Shown in pieces: positions 48,823-59,673 of a stretch of DNA of 64,000 nucleotides. The DNA comes from Candidatus Latescibacterota bacterium (lineage in GTDB: Bacteria > Latescibacterota > UBA2968 > UBA8231). The number at the start of each line of letters is the position of its first letter. Positions within the stretch are counted from its first letter, which is position 1. The stretch spans positions 477-64,476 of the forward strand of contig CBDBIJ010000017.1 in NCBI GenBank assembly GCA_965205655.1, read 5' to 3'. A program made the translations under genes and the position numbers. Under the pieces are notes generated by a model that saw only the letters and a program-made list of their open reading frames with translations, was not told the origin of the DNA and did no database searches.

Positions 48823-50259
48823 ATGACTGCCCGATTAATCTCGGTCGTTTCCGCCATACTCATTCGCAATGCCGGCTCTAGCTCAACCGGATTTCGGCGA
48901 CAGAGACCCGAGGGATATGGACGCGGACCGCCCCACGCACCCCGATGATGAGCATCCGCCTCGCCTCGTTCTCGGCCCTCCTGACGGATTCGAACCGCCA
49001 GAAGACATGCCGGAAATGCCGGAGGATCCGGAAGCGGCTAAGCGTATGGGCGTCGAGATGTTCTTCCACCTCATGGATCGAAGCGGTGACGGCACGCTCG
49101 ATTGGGATGAGTTCAGCCACTGGGTGCAGGACTTCGTCGATCCTGGAGAGATGCACGACCGCAGGGGCGAGATGGATGAGCGCCGCGATCGCATGGGCGA
49201 CGCTCGCGACCGAATGGGTGATGCCCGTGACCGCAGGGGCGATGCACGAGACCGCAGAGGGGGCGACTCCCGCGAGCACATGGATCCCGAGGGCGAGCTT
49301 CCAGATGAAGACCACATGGATGAGCGCCGCGATCGCATGGGCGATGCCCGCGACCGAATGGGCGATGCCCGTGACCGCAGGGGCGATGCACGCGACCGCA
49401 GGGGGGGCGACTCCGGCGAACACATGGATCCCGAGGGCGATCATCCGGAGGGAGACCACATGGATGAGCGCCGCGACCGCAGGGGCGATGCCCGGGACCG
49501 CAGGGGCGATGCCCGGGACCGCAGGGGTGACGCCCGCGAACACATGGATCCCGAGGGCGAGCTTCCAGATGAAGACCACATGGATGAACGTCGCCAGCGT
49601 ATGGGTGATGCCCGCGACCGCAGGGGTGATGCCCGGGACCGCAGGGGTGACGCCCGCGAACACATGGATCCCGAGGGCGAGCTTCCAGATGAAGACCACA
49701 TGGATGAACGTCGCCAGCGTATGGGTGATGCCCGCGACCGCAGGGGTGATGCCCGCGACCGCATGGGAGACGCCCGTCAGCACATGGGTAATGCCCGCGA
49801 CCGTATGGAGGAGGAGGGCGGGAGCACATGGAAGACATGATGATGGATGCATTCCGCAAGGACGCGCATCCTGACCTCGCGAGGCTCCCCAATGCCCCAA
49901 TATGTTCCGACACACTCAGAGAGCGTGAGCTGAGCCCCCGGGAGGAAGGCGCAGGTTGCAACGACCACGAGGGCGATCTCATGTTCCGCACAATCTGCAA
50001 CATGCCCGGCTTCGGTGCTGCCGCCATCAGCCTCCCCGCCGGCCGCGCCGCCAGCTGCTTCGGCCTCGAGGCGCTGAGGGGAAGCATCGGTTTCGAAATC
50101 CTCACAGAGGACGGCCACACGGTCTGGGACCTCTCCATGGGGCCCGAGTCGTATGAACATCTCGAGCTGGACGAGGGCATCTACCACATCAAAGCGACAA
50201 GCGGAGACCATGGCGGAGCCATCACCATCAGCTTCGTCGATGTTTCGGTAGATCGCTAA
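48823..50259 (+). pseudogene. Secreted EF-hand protein with Asp/Arg-rich tandem repeats and the same C-terminal domain (paralog 2); two frameshifts
   Basis: AAAGGAG lies upstream of ATG 48823 (MTARLISVVSAILI...). The frame changes near 48863-48868 into ORF 48869..49840, which holds the canonical EF loop DRSGDGTLDWDEF and the repeats. It changes again near 49815-49825 (GGGCGGG) into ORF 49828..50259, which holds the conserved C-terminal domain. Confidence 0.6.
49173..49812 (+). repeat. In-frame tandem repeat array (units ~144, 144, 120, 120, ~110 bp) with 21-bp sub-repeats
   Basis: The units each begin GATGA(G/A)CG(C/T)CG and end GACCACATG, at 49176, 49319, 49463, 49583 and 49703. More than 100 bp is exactly duplicated (about 49537-49640 and 49657-49760). 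The array encodes DERRDR(M/R)GDARDR(M/R)GDA...EHMDPEGELPDEDHM modules. Confidence 0.85.
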
Positions 50260-50399
50260 GCGTTATTCCACACACCACGTGGACAGGAGATGGGCCGGTA
50301 ACTCTTCAGGGAGTTGCCGGCCCCCCTCTTGTTGGTCGCGCCCGCTCTGGAGCCCCACCAAGAGAGTTCGCGCCGTCGGGCGCGAACTCGAGTCCGGCG

Positions 50400-51789
50400 C
50401 TATGGTCCCCCGCTAGAATCTGAAACACCTCCCAGCGCCGTCAGCCCCGTCAACCTTTCTATGTTAGCCCACCCCACCGCCAGATCGTGGCGCCCCCTCA
50501 CCTGATTGCTCCGCGCCTGGATGAAGCCGACCTGCGCGTCCAGTAGTTCCAGCAGTGTGCCGCGACCGACGCGGTAACTCTCTTCGCCCAGCCTGAGATC
50601 CTCCTGGGCCAGCTCCACCGTGCGTTCGTTGATCCCCAGGATCTTGGTCAACCGCACCAGCTCGAGATACGCCGTTTCCACCGAGAGTGCCAGATCGCGC
50701 CGCTGCTGCTCGGCGTTCATCCGAGCTGTCTCCAGGTTCGAGCGAGATCGGGCGACATTGGCGCTGCGCACGCCGCCGTCGAAGAGATTGTATGTCAACG
50801 ACACGTTTGCGGTCAGGCGGTAGTTCTGGTCCAGGTCATTGTAGACGCGGTCGAAGACTTCGTTGTTGCGGCTGTACGAAAATCCCCCGTCGACGCGCGG
50901 ATGCCACGCCGCCTTCGCCGCCGATAGATCGTGTTCGGCCGAGTCCTGTGCGAAGCGAAGTTTCTCCATCATCGGGTTACTCGCGATCGCCTGGCGAACG
51001 AGATCCTCGAGTTCGATCACAGCCGGGTCCGCCGGTTCGAAGTCGATCACGGGCGCGATTTCGAGCGGCTCCGAGATTTCCGCTCCCATGATATGGTTGA
51101 GGTTTGCCCGCGATAGAACCTCCTGCTGCTCGGCGTTGATCAGGTCGGCCTGGGCGTTCTCCGTAGCCACCTGAAGACGCAGCACGTCGGCGCGAATGCC
51201 CGCCGCCCACCTCGAGACGCGCCTCGGCCTCTTCCAGCTGTTTCTCGCTCAACTTGAGAGCTTCGCGCCGAACCTCCACGAGGTCCTGCGCCTTGAGCAG
51301 GGCGAAGAAGCGCTCATTCGCATTGAATACCGTCGTCGCCCGCTGGGCCTCCATGTCCATCTCCACACCACTGAGCGACTGCCGCGCCGAGTTGTGGCCG
51401 TGACGGCTTTTCCCTCCGTCGTAGAGATTCTGATTCACCGACGCGCTGAACGAAAACGAATTACGCTCGATCGCTGGAATCAGCGTCGACTCCTCGCGGA
51501 AGATGCGCTGGCCCGTGGCGGGATCGGTCAACTCGGTGGGGTTCTCCTGAATGCGGACAGAGGGACCCGTGCGTGCGCGGGTAAAGTTCATCAACGTCAC
51601 ATTCGCGCTCGGCAGGCGCTCGGCCCGGGCGCTCTTCACGTTCGCCTCGGACCGGCGAACCGTCTGCTCGGCGAGACGGATCTGGTTGTTGTGGACGAGC
51701 GCCTGTTCGATGCATTCTTCCAGGGTAAGCGGTCCCGCCTCGGCGCCGACAGCCGCCACGAGCAGACCGACCATGATATGTCGTGTCAT
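50400..51789 (-). pseudogene. TolC-family outer-membrane efflux protein; one frameshift
   Basis: ATG 51787-51789 (MTRHIMVGLLVAAVGAEA..LTLEECIEQAL..N) is preceded by GAGGA. The first half runs in the frame of ORF 50977..55089 and the second half is ORF 50400..51185. The frames swap near 51196-51208 (GGGCGGCGGGC on the coding strand). Confidence 0.75.
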
Positions 51790-51824
51790 GGAAAATCCTC
51801 GCTGTGTGTGTTGGTGCTGGTGAC

Positions 51825-54800
51825 CTATTCGTCGTCCATCGCCCGAACGACGCGACGCCACCACAGCGCCACGTCGTCCAGCAGCGAATACAGAGTCGGT
51901 GCCAAGAATCAGCGTCAGCACGGTTGAGCAGGCCAGACCGCTCACCACCACCAGCCCCACCGGCCCCCAGCGCCGCGCGAACCCCTCCGAGGTGCCGTAG
52001 ACCATCGGCAGCACGAGGGGCATCAGGTTGAGAATCGTCGTCGATGCCGTCATTAGAATCGGCCGCATCCTGTTCTGTCCACCCTTCAGAATCGCCTCGG
52101 TGCGACCCATCCCTTCACGCCGAAAGTGATTGATGTGGTCGATCAGAACGATCCCGTTGTTGACGACGATACCGAACAGGATGAGCAGGCCGAGGATGCC
52201 GTTGTTGTCCAGGGGGATGTCGAAGGCGTAGAGCCCGGCGGCGACACCGATCAGCGAGAACGGAATGGCGAACATGATCGTAAATGGATGGATCAGCGAC
52301 TCGAAAAGGGAAGCCATAATCAGGTAGATGAGCAGCAGCGCGAACAGCAGGGTGAAGTTGTTCTCCTGCGTATCCTGCTGCATCCAGCGGGCGGCTCGGC
52401 CCAGATCCCAGGAGTACCCCGGCGGCAGATCGACGGCGTCCATCATCTCGCGGATCTCTTCCGACAACCGGAACGCCCGCCTGCGGTCCTCCGTGTTGGC
52501 GAACACCGTCATCGTGTGCTGGCGATCCTCCCGCCGCACGTTGCGCGGCCCCTCCACGAATGAAAAAGCAGCAACCGCCGCCAGCTGGATCCGCGTGTCG
52601 TCGCGCCCCTCGAAGCGGCTGTTCCTGAGCTGCTCAAGATCGACCCGGTCCTCCTCCTCCAGCTGCAGCACCACATCCACTTCGCGGTCGTCCGCCTTGA
52701 ACGTCGTCGTGCGCCGCGTTCCGAGCGCCGTGGCGATCGTCGACGCAACACCAGCCGGCGACAACCCGTATTCCAGAGATTGCTCGCGGTCGACCGACAC
52801 GTGGATCTCCTCGTCGCCGTCTTCGAGGCTCGTGTCCACGTCCTGCACCCCCTCGAGTTTCGCGAACTCGACCGCGATTTCCTCGGCGAGCACGGAGAGG
52901 ACGTCCTGATCCGGGCCCTTCAACTGCACCTCTACTCCCAGCATCGACCCCATCCAGCTGCGCTGCCGTCCCATCTTGTAGCGCACGCCCGCCACCTTCG
53001 GCAGCAGCTCCATGATCGCCCTGCCCGCCTCCGCCGTCGCCAGCTGCCCTTCATCGGCATCGATGAGACGGACGGTGAAGCGCCCCCCCCTCTGGCTGAA
53101 GCTGGTTGAAACCGATTCCACATCCAGCTCGTCCTTGCAACGCAGCACGCGCCGTTCCATCTCCCCGAACTTAGCCTTCACCTCATCGAGAGTGAGACTG
53201 CGGTCCATCTCGACCGTTATGTCGACCCGCCTCTCCGGCGTCTGCGGCGTTCCACGCTGTTCGATCTGCATGAACAGGTAGATGCCGCTGCCCAGCAGAA
53301 TGACGGTGGCAATGAAGGTCCAGAACCGATGGCGTAGCGTCCAACTCAACAGGGAGACGTACGAAGCGCGCATGCCGTGCCGCTTGAAGCGCAGACCCGT
53401 CGCCGCCGCGATGAACACGCTGAATGACAGACCGACGCCCGTCGTCCACTCCATCCCGGCAACGGTGGCCCACACGCGGGTCGTCCAGTTTGACGCCCAG
53501 GTCGATAGTCCCTGCCACCCCAGTCCGTAGACGATCCAGCAACCGACTGCCACCAGGCCCGCCACAACCATGAGTTTGAGGGGACCGTCGTAGCGATCGT
53601 AGGTGGGGCGGTACAGACGCGAGCTCGCCAGCGGGATGATGGCCAGCGAGACGAACGTCGAAACGGCAACTGCCAGACAGATGGTCAGCCCGGCGTCGCG
53701 CAACCACATCGTCATGCGGCTGCTCGACAGAAAGAAAAACGGGATGAACACGCACATCGTCGTCAGCGACGAGGCCACCACCGCCATACCGATCTCGCGA
53801 CTGCCCGACAGGGCTGCCTCCCTCGGTTCGGCTCCTTCCTCCTGACGCCGGCGAAAGATGCTCTCGAGGGTGACCACCGCCGGATCGACGAGCATCCCCA
53901 CCGCCAGCATGAGACCAGTCATCGAGACCATGTTCAGCGTCACCGTCGAGCCGAAAAACTCGCGCGCCACGAACATCCCGACGAACACGCACATCACCGA
54001 AATCGGAATCGATACGCCGATGACGAGGGTGCTGCGGATGTTGCGCAGAAATAGAAAGATGATGCCGATGGCCAGCCCCATGCCGAGGAAGGCCGCATCG
54101 GTGAGGTTGTCCACCTGGCGCAGGACGCGTTCGGAGTTATCGCGTATGATTTCGATGTCCAGCTTGCCGTCGTAGAGTTCTTCGATCTCTTCCAGCGTCT
54201 CGCGCACGGCGGCGGCCACTTCCACCAGATTTGCCGTCGACGATTTGAACACCTCGACGCTTACCGCGTCCGCCGCATTGAGCCGCCGGTAGCTCTTCTT
54301 CTCCGGATAGTCGTAGATCACCTCCCCCAGATCCCCCAGCTGGAGCTCTCTCCCTGCCAGCGGCAACTCGCCCATTTCCCCGGGCTCTCGAAACTCACCC
54401 AGCGCGCGCAGCTGGTGGCGCCGGCCGCCGTCATCGATGCGGCCCAGCGACGTGGTGACATTGTTGTCCCTGATCTGCCGGCTCAGGTAGGTCAGCGACA
54501 CGTCGTGTGATTCCAGGCGCTCCTGGTCCAGCTCGACGATGAGCTGCTTCTCGTCGATGCCGTCCACCGTAACGTTGGCCACACCGTTGAGCCGCAGCAG
54601 GCGCGGTTCCACCACCTTGCGGTAGATATCGAAGAGACGGTCGCCCTCTCCGTTCCAGGCCATGTTGGCATCGACCGCTTCGCGCTGATCGCTCTGCCAG
54701 CGGCGAATGCGGATACGACCGATGTCATCGGGCAGCAGACTGCGCACCTGCTCGACGCGCTCGCGCACCTCCATGTTGGCGATGTCCATATCCGTCCCCG

Positions 54801-55089
54801 CCTTGAACTCGACTCGCACCGACGAGTTCGACTGCGAGGAGGTGGCGCTGATCCGCTCGATGTTGCTCAGCACCGCCACCGACTCCTCCAGCGGACGCGT
54901 GATCTCTCTCTCCACCTCCTCCGGTGAGGAGGACGGGTACTGCACACTCACCCTCACCGATGTCGACGAAATGCTCGGCAGCGACTCCAGCGGCAGGCGC
55001 GTCAGGGAGATCCAGCCCAGCACCAGCATCGAGATCGTCATCATTGCGATCGCAACTGGGCGCTCGACGGCGAATTCGGCGAGTTTCAT
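51825..55089 (-). CDS. RND efflux permease A (frameshift ~25 codons before the native stop)
   Basis: The RND topology and motifs are typical throughout. After ...STVLTLIL the listed ORF reads through into the TolC gene. The -1 frame gives the expected RND C-terminus APTLYSLLDDVALWWRRVVRAMDDE, with its stop at 51825-51827. The frame break is near 51899-51906. Confidence 0.8.
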
Positions 55090-58000
55090 GGCGCCCGATC
55101 CAGCACCGTGTAGACCACCGGAATGACGACGAGCGTCAGCACGGTCGAGACGAGCAGCCCCCCGATAACGGTGATCGCCATCGGTGCGCGAATCTCCGCG
55201 CCTTCCCCGAGTCCTATCGCCATCGGCAGCAATGCGAGCACGGTCGTCGACGTCGTCATCATGATGGGTCGAAACCGCATTTCCCCCGCCCGTAGCACAG
55301 CCTCGAGTTTAGCCAGACCATCCCGGCGACGAAGCTGATTTATGTAGTCAATCAGTACAATCGCATTATTAACCACGATTCCCGCAAGCATGATGAGACC
55401 GATGAGCACGACGACGCTGATCGTCTGGTTGGTCAGCATGAGTGCCAGGGCGCTGCCGACGATTCCGAAGGGAATGGTGAACATGATGACGAGCGGATGC
55501 AGGAACGACTCGAACTGCGAGGCCATCACCAGGTAGACGAGAAAGACGGCGAGGGCCAGCGCGAATTTCATGCTCTCAAAGGAGCGGATCATCTCTTCGT
55601 TCTGGCCTCCCACGTGGATGTCGAAACCCTCCGGCAGCGGAATGCGGTCGCGGGTCGACTCGATGTCGGCCACGGCACTGCCGAGATCGCGCCCGCTCAA
55701 ATTTGCAGTCACCACCGCGACCCGCTCCTGACCGGCGCGCCTGATCTCGGCCGGTCCCTCCACCAGCTCCACTTCCGCCACAGATTCGAGCGTCACCGGT
55801 ACCGGATAGGAGGCCGGGCTGACCACCATCCGCTGCAGATCCGCGAGATTGTGACGCTCCGACTCCACCGAACGCACTCTGATGTCGATCCTGCGATCCC
55901 GGCGCGTCAAATCTGTCGAGATCTCGCCCTGAAGCTTGTTGCGCAGCAGATCCGCGATGCTCCGGATAGTGGTCCCCAGTTCCGCTACCCTGTCGCGATC
56001 GAAGCTCACCTGAATCTCCGGCTGCCCTCCCTCGGCGCTCGACTTCACGTCCACGAGTCCGGGAATGCGGCTCATCTGCTCGCTTAGCTCGTCCGAAAGT
56101 AGCTGTAGCGTCCTCAGGTTGTAGCCTGAGATCTCCACTTCCACAGGTGTGCGAAACGAAAAGTAGGACGGCCTCGAGAACTTGTGGTCAAGGCCCGGCA
56201 CCGCGCTGACAAGACGCCTCACCTCTTCCATCGTCTCTTCCTCCACTTCCCGGCTTCTGCCTTCGGGCCTGAGCCTCACGAACAGCTGCGCGACGTTTTC
56301 CTTCCTTTCGTCCGCGTACCCTCCCGTTTCGCCGGCGGCACCAACCAGACTGAAGACGGTCTCGACGCCGTCGAGCTCGCGAATGCCCCCGTCCAGAGCG
56401 GCCACCTGCCGCGCTGTTGCTTCGATCGGCGTGCCTGCGGGCAACTCCAAGTTCACGAGGAACTCGCCCTGGCTCATCTCCGGGATCAGCTCGAGACCGA
56501 GCCCGCGGGCCTGAAGCAACACCCCCACCGACAGCGCTCCGAAGACGAGGAGCGTGGCGCCTCTGTGACTCAGCGACCACTGCAGCACGCCCGGGTAGAT
56601 CCTGGACACCGAGCCGTAGCCTGCGCTGAAGGCCCTGTCCAGGGGATAGATGAGCACACCGAGCGCGCCTCCAAGCGCCCGGAACAGCGCTCGCAGGCCG
56701 CGAAACCCCGCGGCGGGAATGCGAGTCATCACATCGCCACCTTCATCGCCCGTCTCCTCGCGAGACGGCGCCCGCATCGCCAATGACGCCAGCATCGGAA
56801 TCAACATCAGGGCGACAAACAGCGACGCCACGAGCGAATAGGTCACCGTCAACGCCTGATCTCTGAACAGCTGACCCGCGACTCCCTCTACGAAGACGAT
56901 GGGCACGAAGACGCAGACAGTCGTCAGCGTTGCCGCGATCACCGCCCGTCCCACTTCGCTCGTCCCCTGGCGCGCCGCATCCAGCGCCGAGACGCCCCGA
57001 TCGCGGTGGCGCTGGATGCTCTCCAGCACGACGATGGAGCTGTCGACCAGCATGCCGATTCCCAGCGCGAGCCCGCCCAGGGACATGATGTTCAGACTCA
57101 CATCGGAGGCGAACATGAGGAGAAACGTCGCCACCACCGAGATCGGAATCGACAGAGATATAATGGTCGTGCTCTTCAGGTGACGCAGAAACAGGAAGAG
57201 AATGAGGATGGCGAGGACGCCGCCGATGACGGCCGTCTTTAACACCTCCTCTATGGCCTGCTCGATGAACGTCGCCTGGTCGACGACGATCTCCACCTCG
57301 GCGCCGCCGAGCAGGTCCGCGTACTCCTCCCGGAAACTCTCGAGTCGCTCGACTACCGTATCGTGAACGCGGATGGTGTTGGCGTCTCCCTCCTTGTAGA
57401 TGGCAATCTCCACCCCCTCTCGCCCGTTGATCCTCGTCACGACATCCCGTTCGCGATGGCCCCGGAACACTCGGCCCACGTCGTTCAGCTTGATCGGCGC
57501 TCCGCCCGGCCGGGCGATGACGATCTCCCCGATCTCGTCCCAGCCCTCGAACTCGTTGAGCGTGCGGACCAGGAACTCGGCCTCGCCGTCCTTCAACGAC
57601 CCGGCGGTGAGGTTCACATTCTCCGCCGCCAACCGAGCGGTGACCTGGTCGATCGGAATGCCCAGATGAGCCAGCCGCGCTGACTCGACCTCCACTTGAA
57701 TCTCCTCCTCGAGGCCACCCTCCACCCGCACCACCGCCACACCTTCGAGACTCTCCAGGTCCAGGCGGATACGGTCTTCGGCGATCCGCCTCAACTCCAT
57801 CAGATTGGAGCCACCGTACAGAGCAATTCGCATCACCGGGTCGAGAGACGGATCGAAGCGCAGTAGGGTGGGCTTGCCGGCGTCGATCGGCAGCTGAGCC
57901 AGGTCTAGCTTCTCGCGGATGTCGAGAGAGGCGAAATTCATCTCCGTGCCCCAGGTGAACTCGACGATCACATCAGAAAGTCCCGGCCTCGATACCGAGC

Positions 58001-58241
58001 TCACCCGGATTACGTTCGTCACCACGCCCACGAGCCCCTCGATCGGCTCGGAGATGAGCCGCTCTACCTCCAGCGGTGCCGTCCCGGGGTATTCGGTGCG
58101 GATGGTAATCGTGGGATACGTGATGTCCGGCAGCAGATTGACCGCCAGCCTCGAAAACCCGACCAGCCCGAACGCCACGACCGCGACCATCAGCATCGCC
58201 ACTGTAACCCGCCGGTTCGTCGAAAACTCTACCAGCTTCAT
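55086..58241 (-). CDS. RND efflux permease B
   Basis: This intact 1051-aa ORF has 12 TM segments and two large periplasmic loops. It ends ...VLTLVVIPVVYTVLDRAP. Its start overlaps the MFP stop and its stop overlaps the RND-A start (ATGA-type). Confidence 0.9.
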   Translation of the reverse strand: MKLVEFSTNRRVTVAMLMVAVVAFGLVGFSRLAVNLLPDITYPTITIRTEYPGTAPLEVERLISEPIEGLVGVVTNVIRVSSVSRPGLSDVIVEFTWGTEMNFASLDIREKLDLAQLPIDAGKPTLLRFDPSLDPVMRIALYGGSNLMELRRIAEDRIRLDLESLEGVAVVRVEGGLEEEIQVEVESARLAHLGIPIDQVTARLAAENVNLTAGSLKDGEAEFLVRTLNEFEGWDEIGEIVIARPGGAPIKLNDVGRVFRGHRERDVVTRINGREGVEIAIYKEGDANTIRVHDTVVERLESFREEYADLLGGAEVEIVVDQATFIEQAIEEVLKTAVIGGVLAILILFLFLRHLKSTTIISLSIPISVVATFLLMFASDVSLNIMSLGGLALGIGMLVDSSIVVLESIQRHRDRGVSALDAARQGTSEVGRAVIAATLTTVCVFVPIVFVEGVAGQLFRDQALTVTYSLVASLFVALMLIPMLASLAMRAPSREETGDEGGDVMTRIPAAGFRGLRALFRALGGALGVLIYPLDRAFSAGYGSVSRIYPGVLQWSLSHRGATLLVFGALSVGVLLQARGLGLELIPEMSQGEFLVNLELPAGTPIEATARQVAALDGGIRELDGVETVFSLVGAAGETGGYADERKENVAQLFVRLRPEGRSREVEEETMEEVRRLVSAVPGLDHKFSRPSYFSFRTPVEVEISGYNLRTLQLLSDELSEQMSRIPGLVDVKSSAEGGQPEIQVSFDRDRVAELGTTIRSIADLLRNKLQGEISTDLTRRDRRIDIRVRSVESERHNLADLQRMVVSPASYPVPVTLESVAEVELVEGPAEIRRAGQERVAVVTANLSGRDLGSAVADIESTRDRIPLPEGFDIHVGGQNEEMIRSFESMKFALALAVFLVYLVMASQFESFLHPLVIMFTIPFGIVGSALALMLTNQTISVVVLIGLIMLAGIVVNNAIVLIDYINQLRRRDGLAKLEAVLRAGEMRFRPIMMTTSTTVLALLPMAIGLGEGAEIRAPMAITVIGGLLVSTVLTLVVIPVVYTVLDRAP

Positions 58242-59617
58242 CAGTCCCTGGCTCGCTGGGAGATCCGCTCCTTGATCTGTTTGTACCGCGCCACCGCCGC
58301 AGAATCCGACATCCCCCGTTCCTTCATACGCGCGACAATAGTACTCGAATCAGGCATGCCACCCCGGCCGAATCCTCGACCAACCCCCGGTCCTCCCCTG
58401 CCGCGCTTTCCGCCGCCATCCAAGGCCCTACCGCCTTCCTCGCTCGCAGAGGCCCGCGCCTCCGCTACCGCCGCGCTGTCAACGAGTCCGGCCCCGGCAA
58501 TCCGCACCGCCGCGCCATCCTTCAGTCCCTCCTGGCCGACTGTGATCACCGCGTCTCGCGGTCTCAGTCCGGAGAGAACTTCGATTCGATCACCGTCGAC
58601 GTACCCCAGCTCGATCCGCACCCGCCTGCCGCTGCTATCTCCCTCGATGATGAATACGTCGTCCTCATCAGTCTCCAGCACCAGAGCCTTTTTCGGAATG
58701 ATGAGTGCCCCTCGGTGCACGTCGGTGATGATTCGCACGGTGGTGAACATTCCCGGCTTGAGCTGCCCGGCTTCGCTCGGTACGTCGAGTGTCACCTTCA
58801 CGGTGCCGCTCTGGGGATCCACCCCCGGGTTGATCATCCGGACCTTTGCGGCGAACACCCGATCCGGAATCGCATCGATCGCGATCTCCGCCACCTGTCC
58901 GGGTCGCACCTGTCCCATCCTCTTCTCCGGAATTCGAATGCGGGCCTGCAAAGGTTCGAGATCGGCGACGGCGAAGACCTCGTCGTTCGGTCGCACCAGA
59001 TCTCCCAGCTCGATCCGACGCAGCATCACGGTGCCCGAAATCGGCGCTCTGATGTCGGCGTAGGCGAGATCGAGACGCGCCTCCTCGAACGCCACCTCGG
59101 CATTCGCCAGTCGATTGCGCGCCCCCTCGTACTCCTCCTCGCTCACCATCTGCCGCTCGAACAGGGCGACACGTCGCGTGTGAGTGGCGCGGGCATCGTC
59201 GAGCGCCACCTTCGCCTGCTGCACCCGCAGGTTGAGCTCCACCTTGTCGAGGCGCACGAGCACGTCGCCTTCGGCCACGCGGTCGCCCTCCTCCACCAGC
59301 AGGTGCTCCACCATTCCCTGGGTGCGGGCGACGACGCTGACCCAGCGCTCTGCCTCCAGACGCGCGTGAGTCTCGATGTAACTCGAGATGTCGCCCCGCG
59401 TCACCGCCTGCGTCTTGACGGGGATGGCCGCTTCTCTGCCGCCCCACTGCCTTCCGCCACCGCCCCTTCTTCCACGGCCGCGACCCTCTCCTCCCTCATC
59501 TTCGTCGTCGCCACAACCAGCGGTGCACAACAGGAAAAGGGCAATTCCAGCGGCTCTGGTGACCGAGGCCCGGCCCTCTTTCCACACGCAGCGCTTGAAC
59601 ACATCGTTGATAGTCAT
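58241..59617 (-). CDS. RND efflux periplasmic adaptor (MFP), lipoprotein
   Basis: The start is trimmed to ATG 59615-59617. A lipobox is present (LFLLCTAGCG). Biotinyl-lipoyl/beta-barrel MFP motifs are present (A.V.RGDIS..., G.V......EG..V..G..L..LD, I.APISGTV). The C-terminal tail is Gly/Arg-rich. Confidence 0.85.
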   Translation of the reverse strand: MTINDVFKRCVWKEGRASVTRAAGIALFLLCTAGCGDDEDEGGEGRGRGRRGGGGRQWGGREAAIPVKTQAVTRGDISSYIETHARLEAERWVSVVARTQGMVEHLLVEEGDRVAEGDVLVRLDKVELNLRVQQAKVALDDARATHTRRVALFERQMVSEEEYEGARNRLANAEVAFEEARLDLAYADIRAPISGTVMLRRIELGDLVRPNDEVFAVADLEPLQARIRIPEKRMGQVRPGQVAEIAIDAIPDRVFAAKVRMINPGVDPQSGTVKVTLDVPSEAGQLKPGMFTTVRIITDVHRGALIIPKKALVLETDEDDVFIIEGDSSGRRVRIELGYVDGDRIEVLSGLRPRDAVITVGQEGLKDGAAVRIAGAGLVDSAAVAEARASASEEGGRALDGGGKRGRGGPGVGRGFGRGGMPDSSTIVARMKERGMSDSAAVARYKQIKERISQRARD

Positions 59618-59673
59618 TCGGACGCCTTTGCCATCCTCGTCCTCCTCGCAGTTTGTGGAGCCCTGAATTAACC

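Noticed and set aside
49173-49812. Regularly spaced direct repeats that at first glance might suggest a CRISPR-like array.
   Set aside because: The units are 110-144 bp and contiguous, with no unique spacers. They stay in one reading frame and encode a coherent Asp/Arg-rich peptide repeat inside a gene with a signal peptide and a conserved C-terminal domain. No cas genes are nearby.
50977-55089. 1370-aa ORF suggesting a natural RND permease-TolC fusion protein.
   Set aside because: The -1 frame gives a canonical RND C-terminus and stop (51825). An RBS and an ATG with a signal peptide for a separate TolC gene follow. The fusion therefore comes from a single frame break near 51900.
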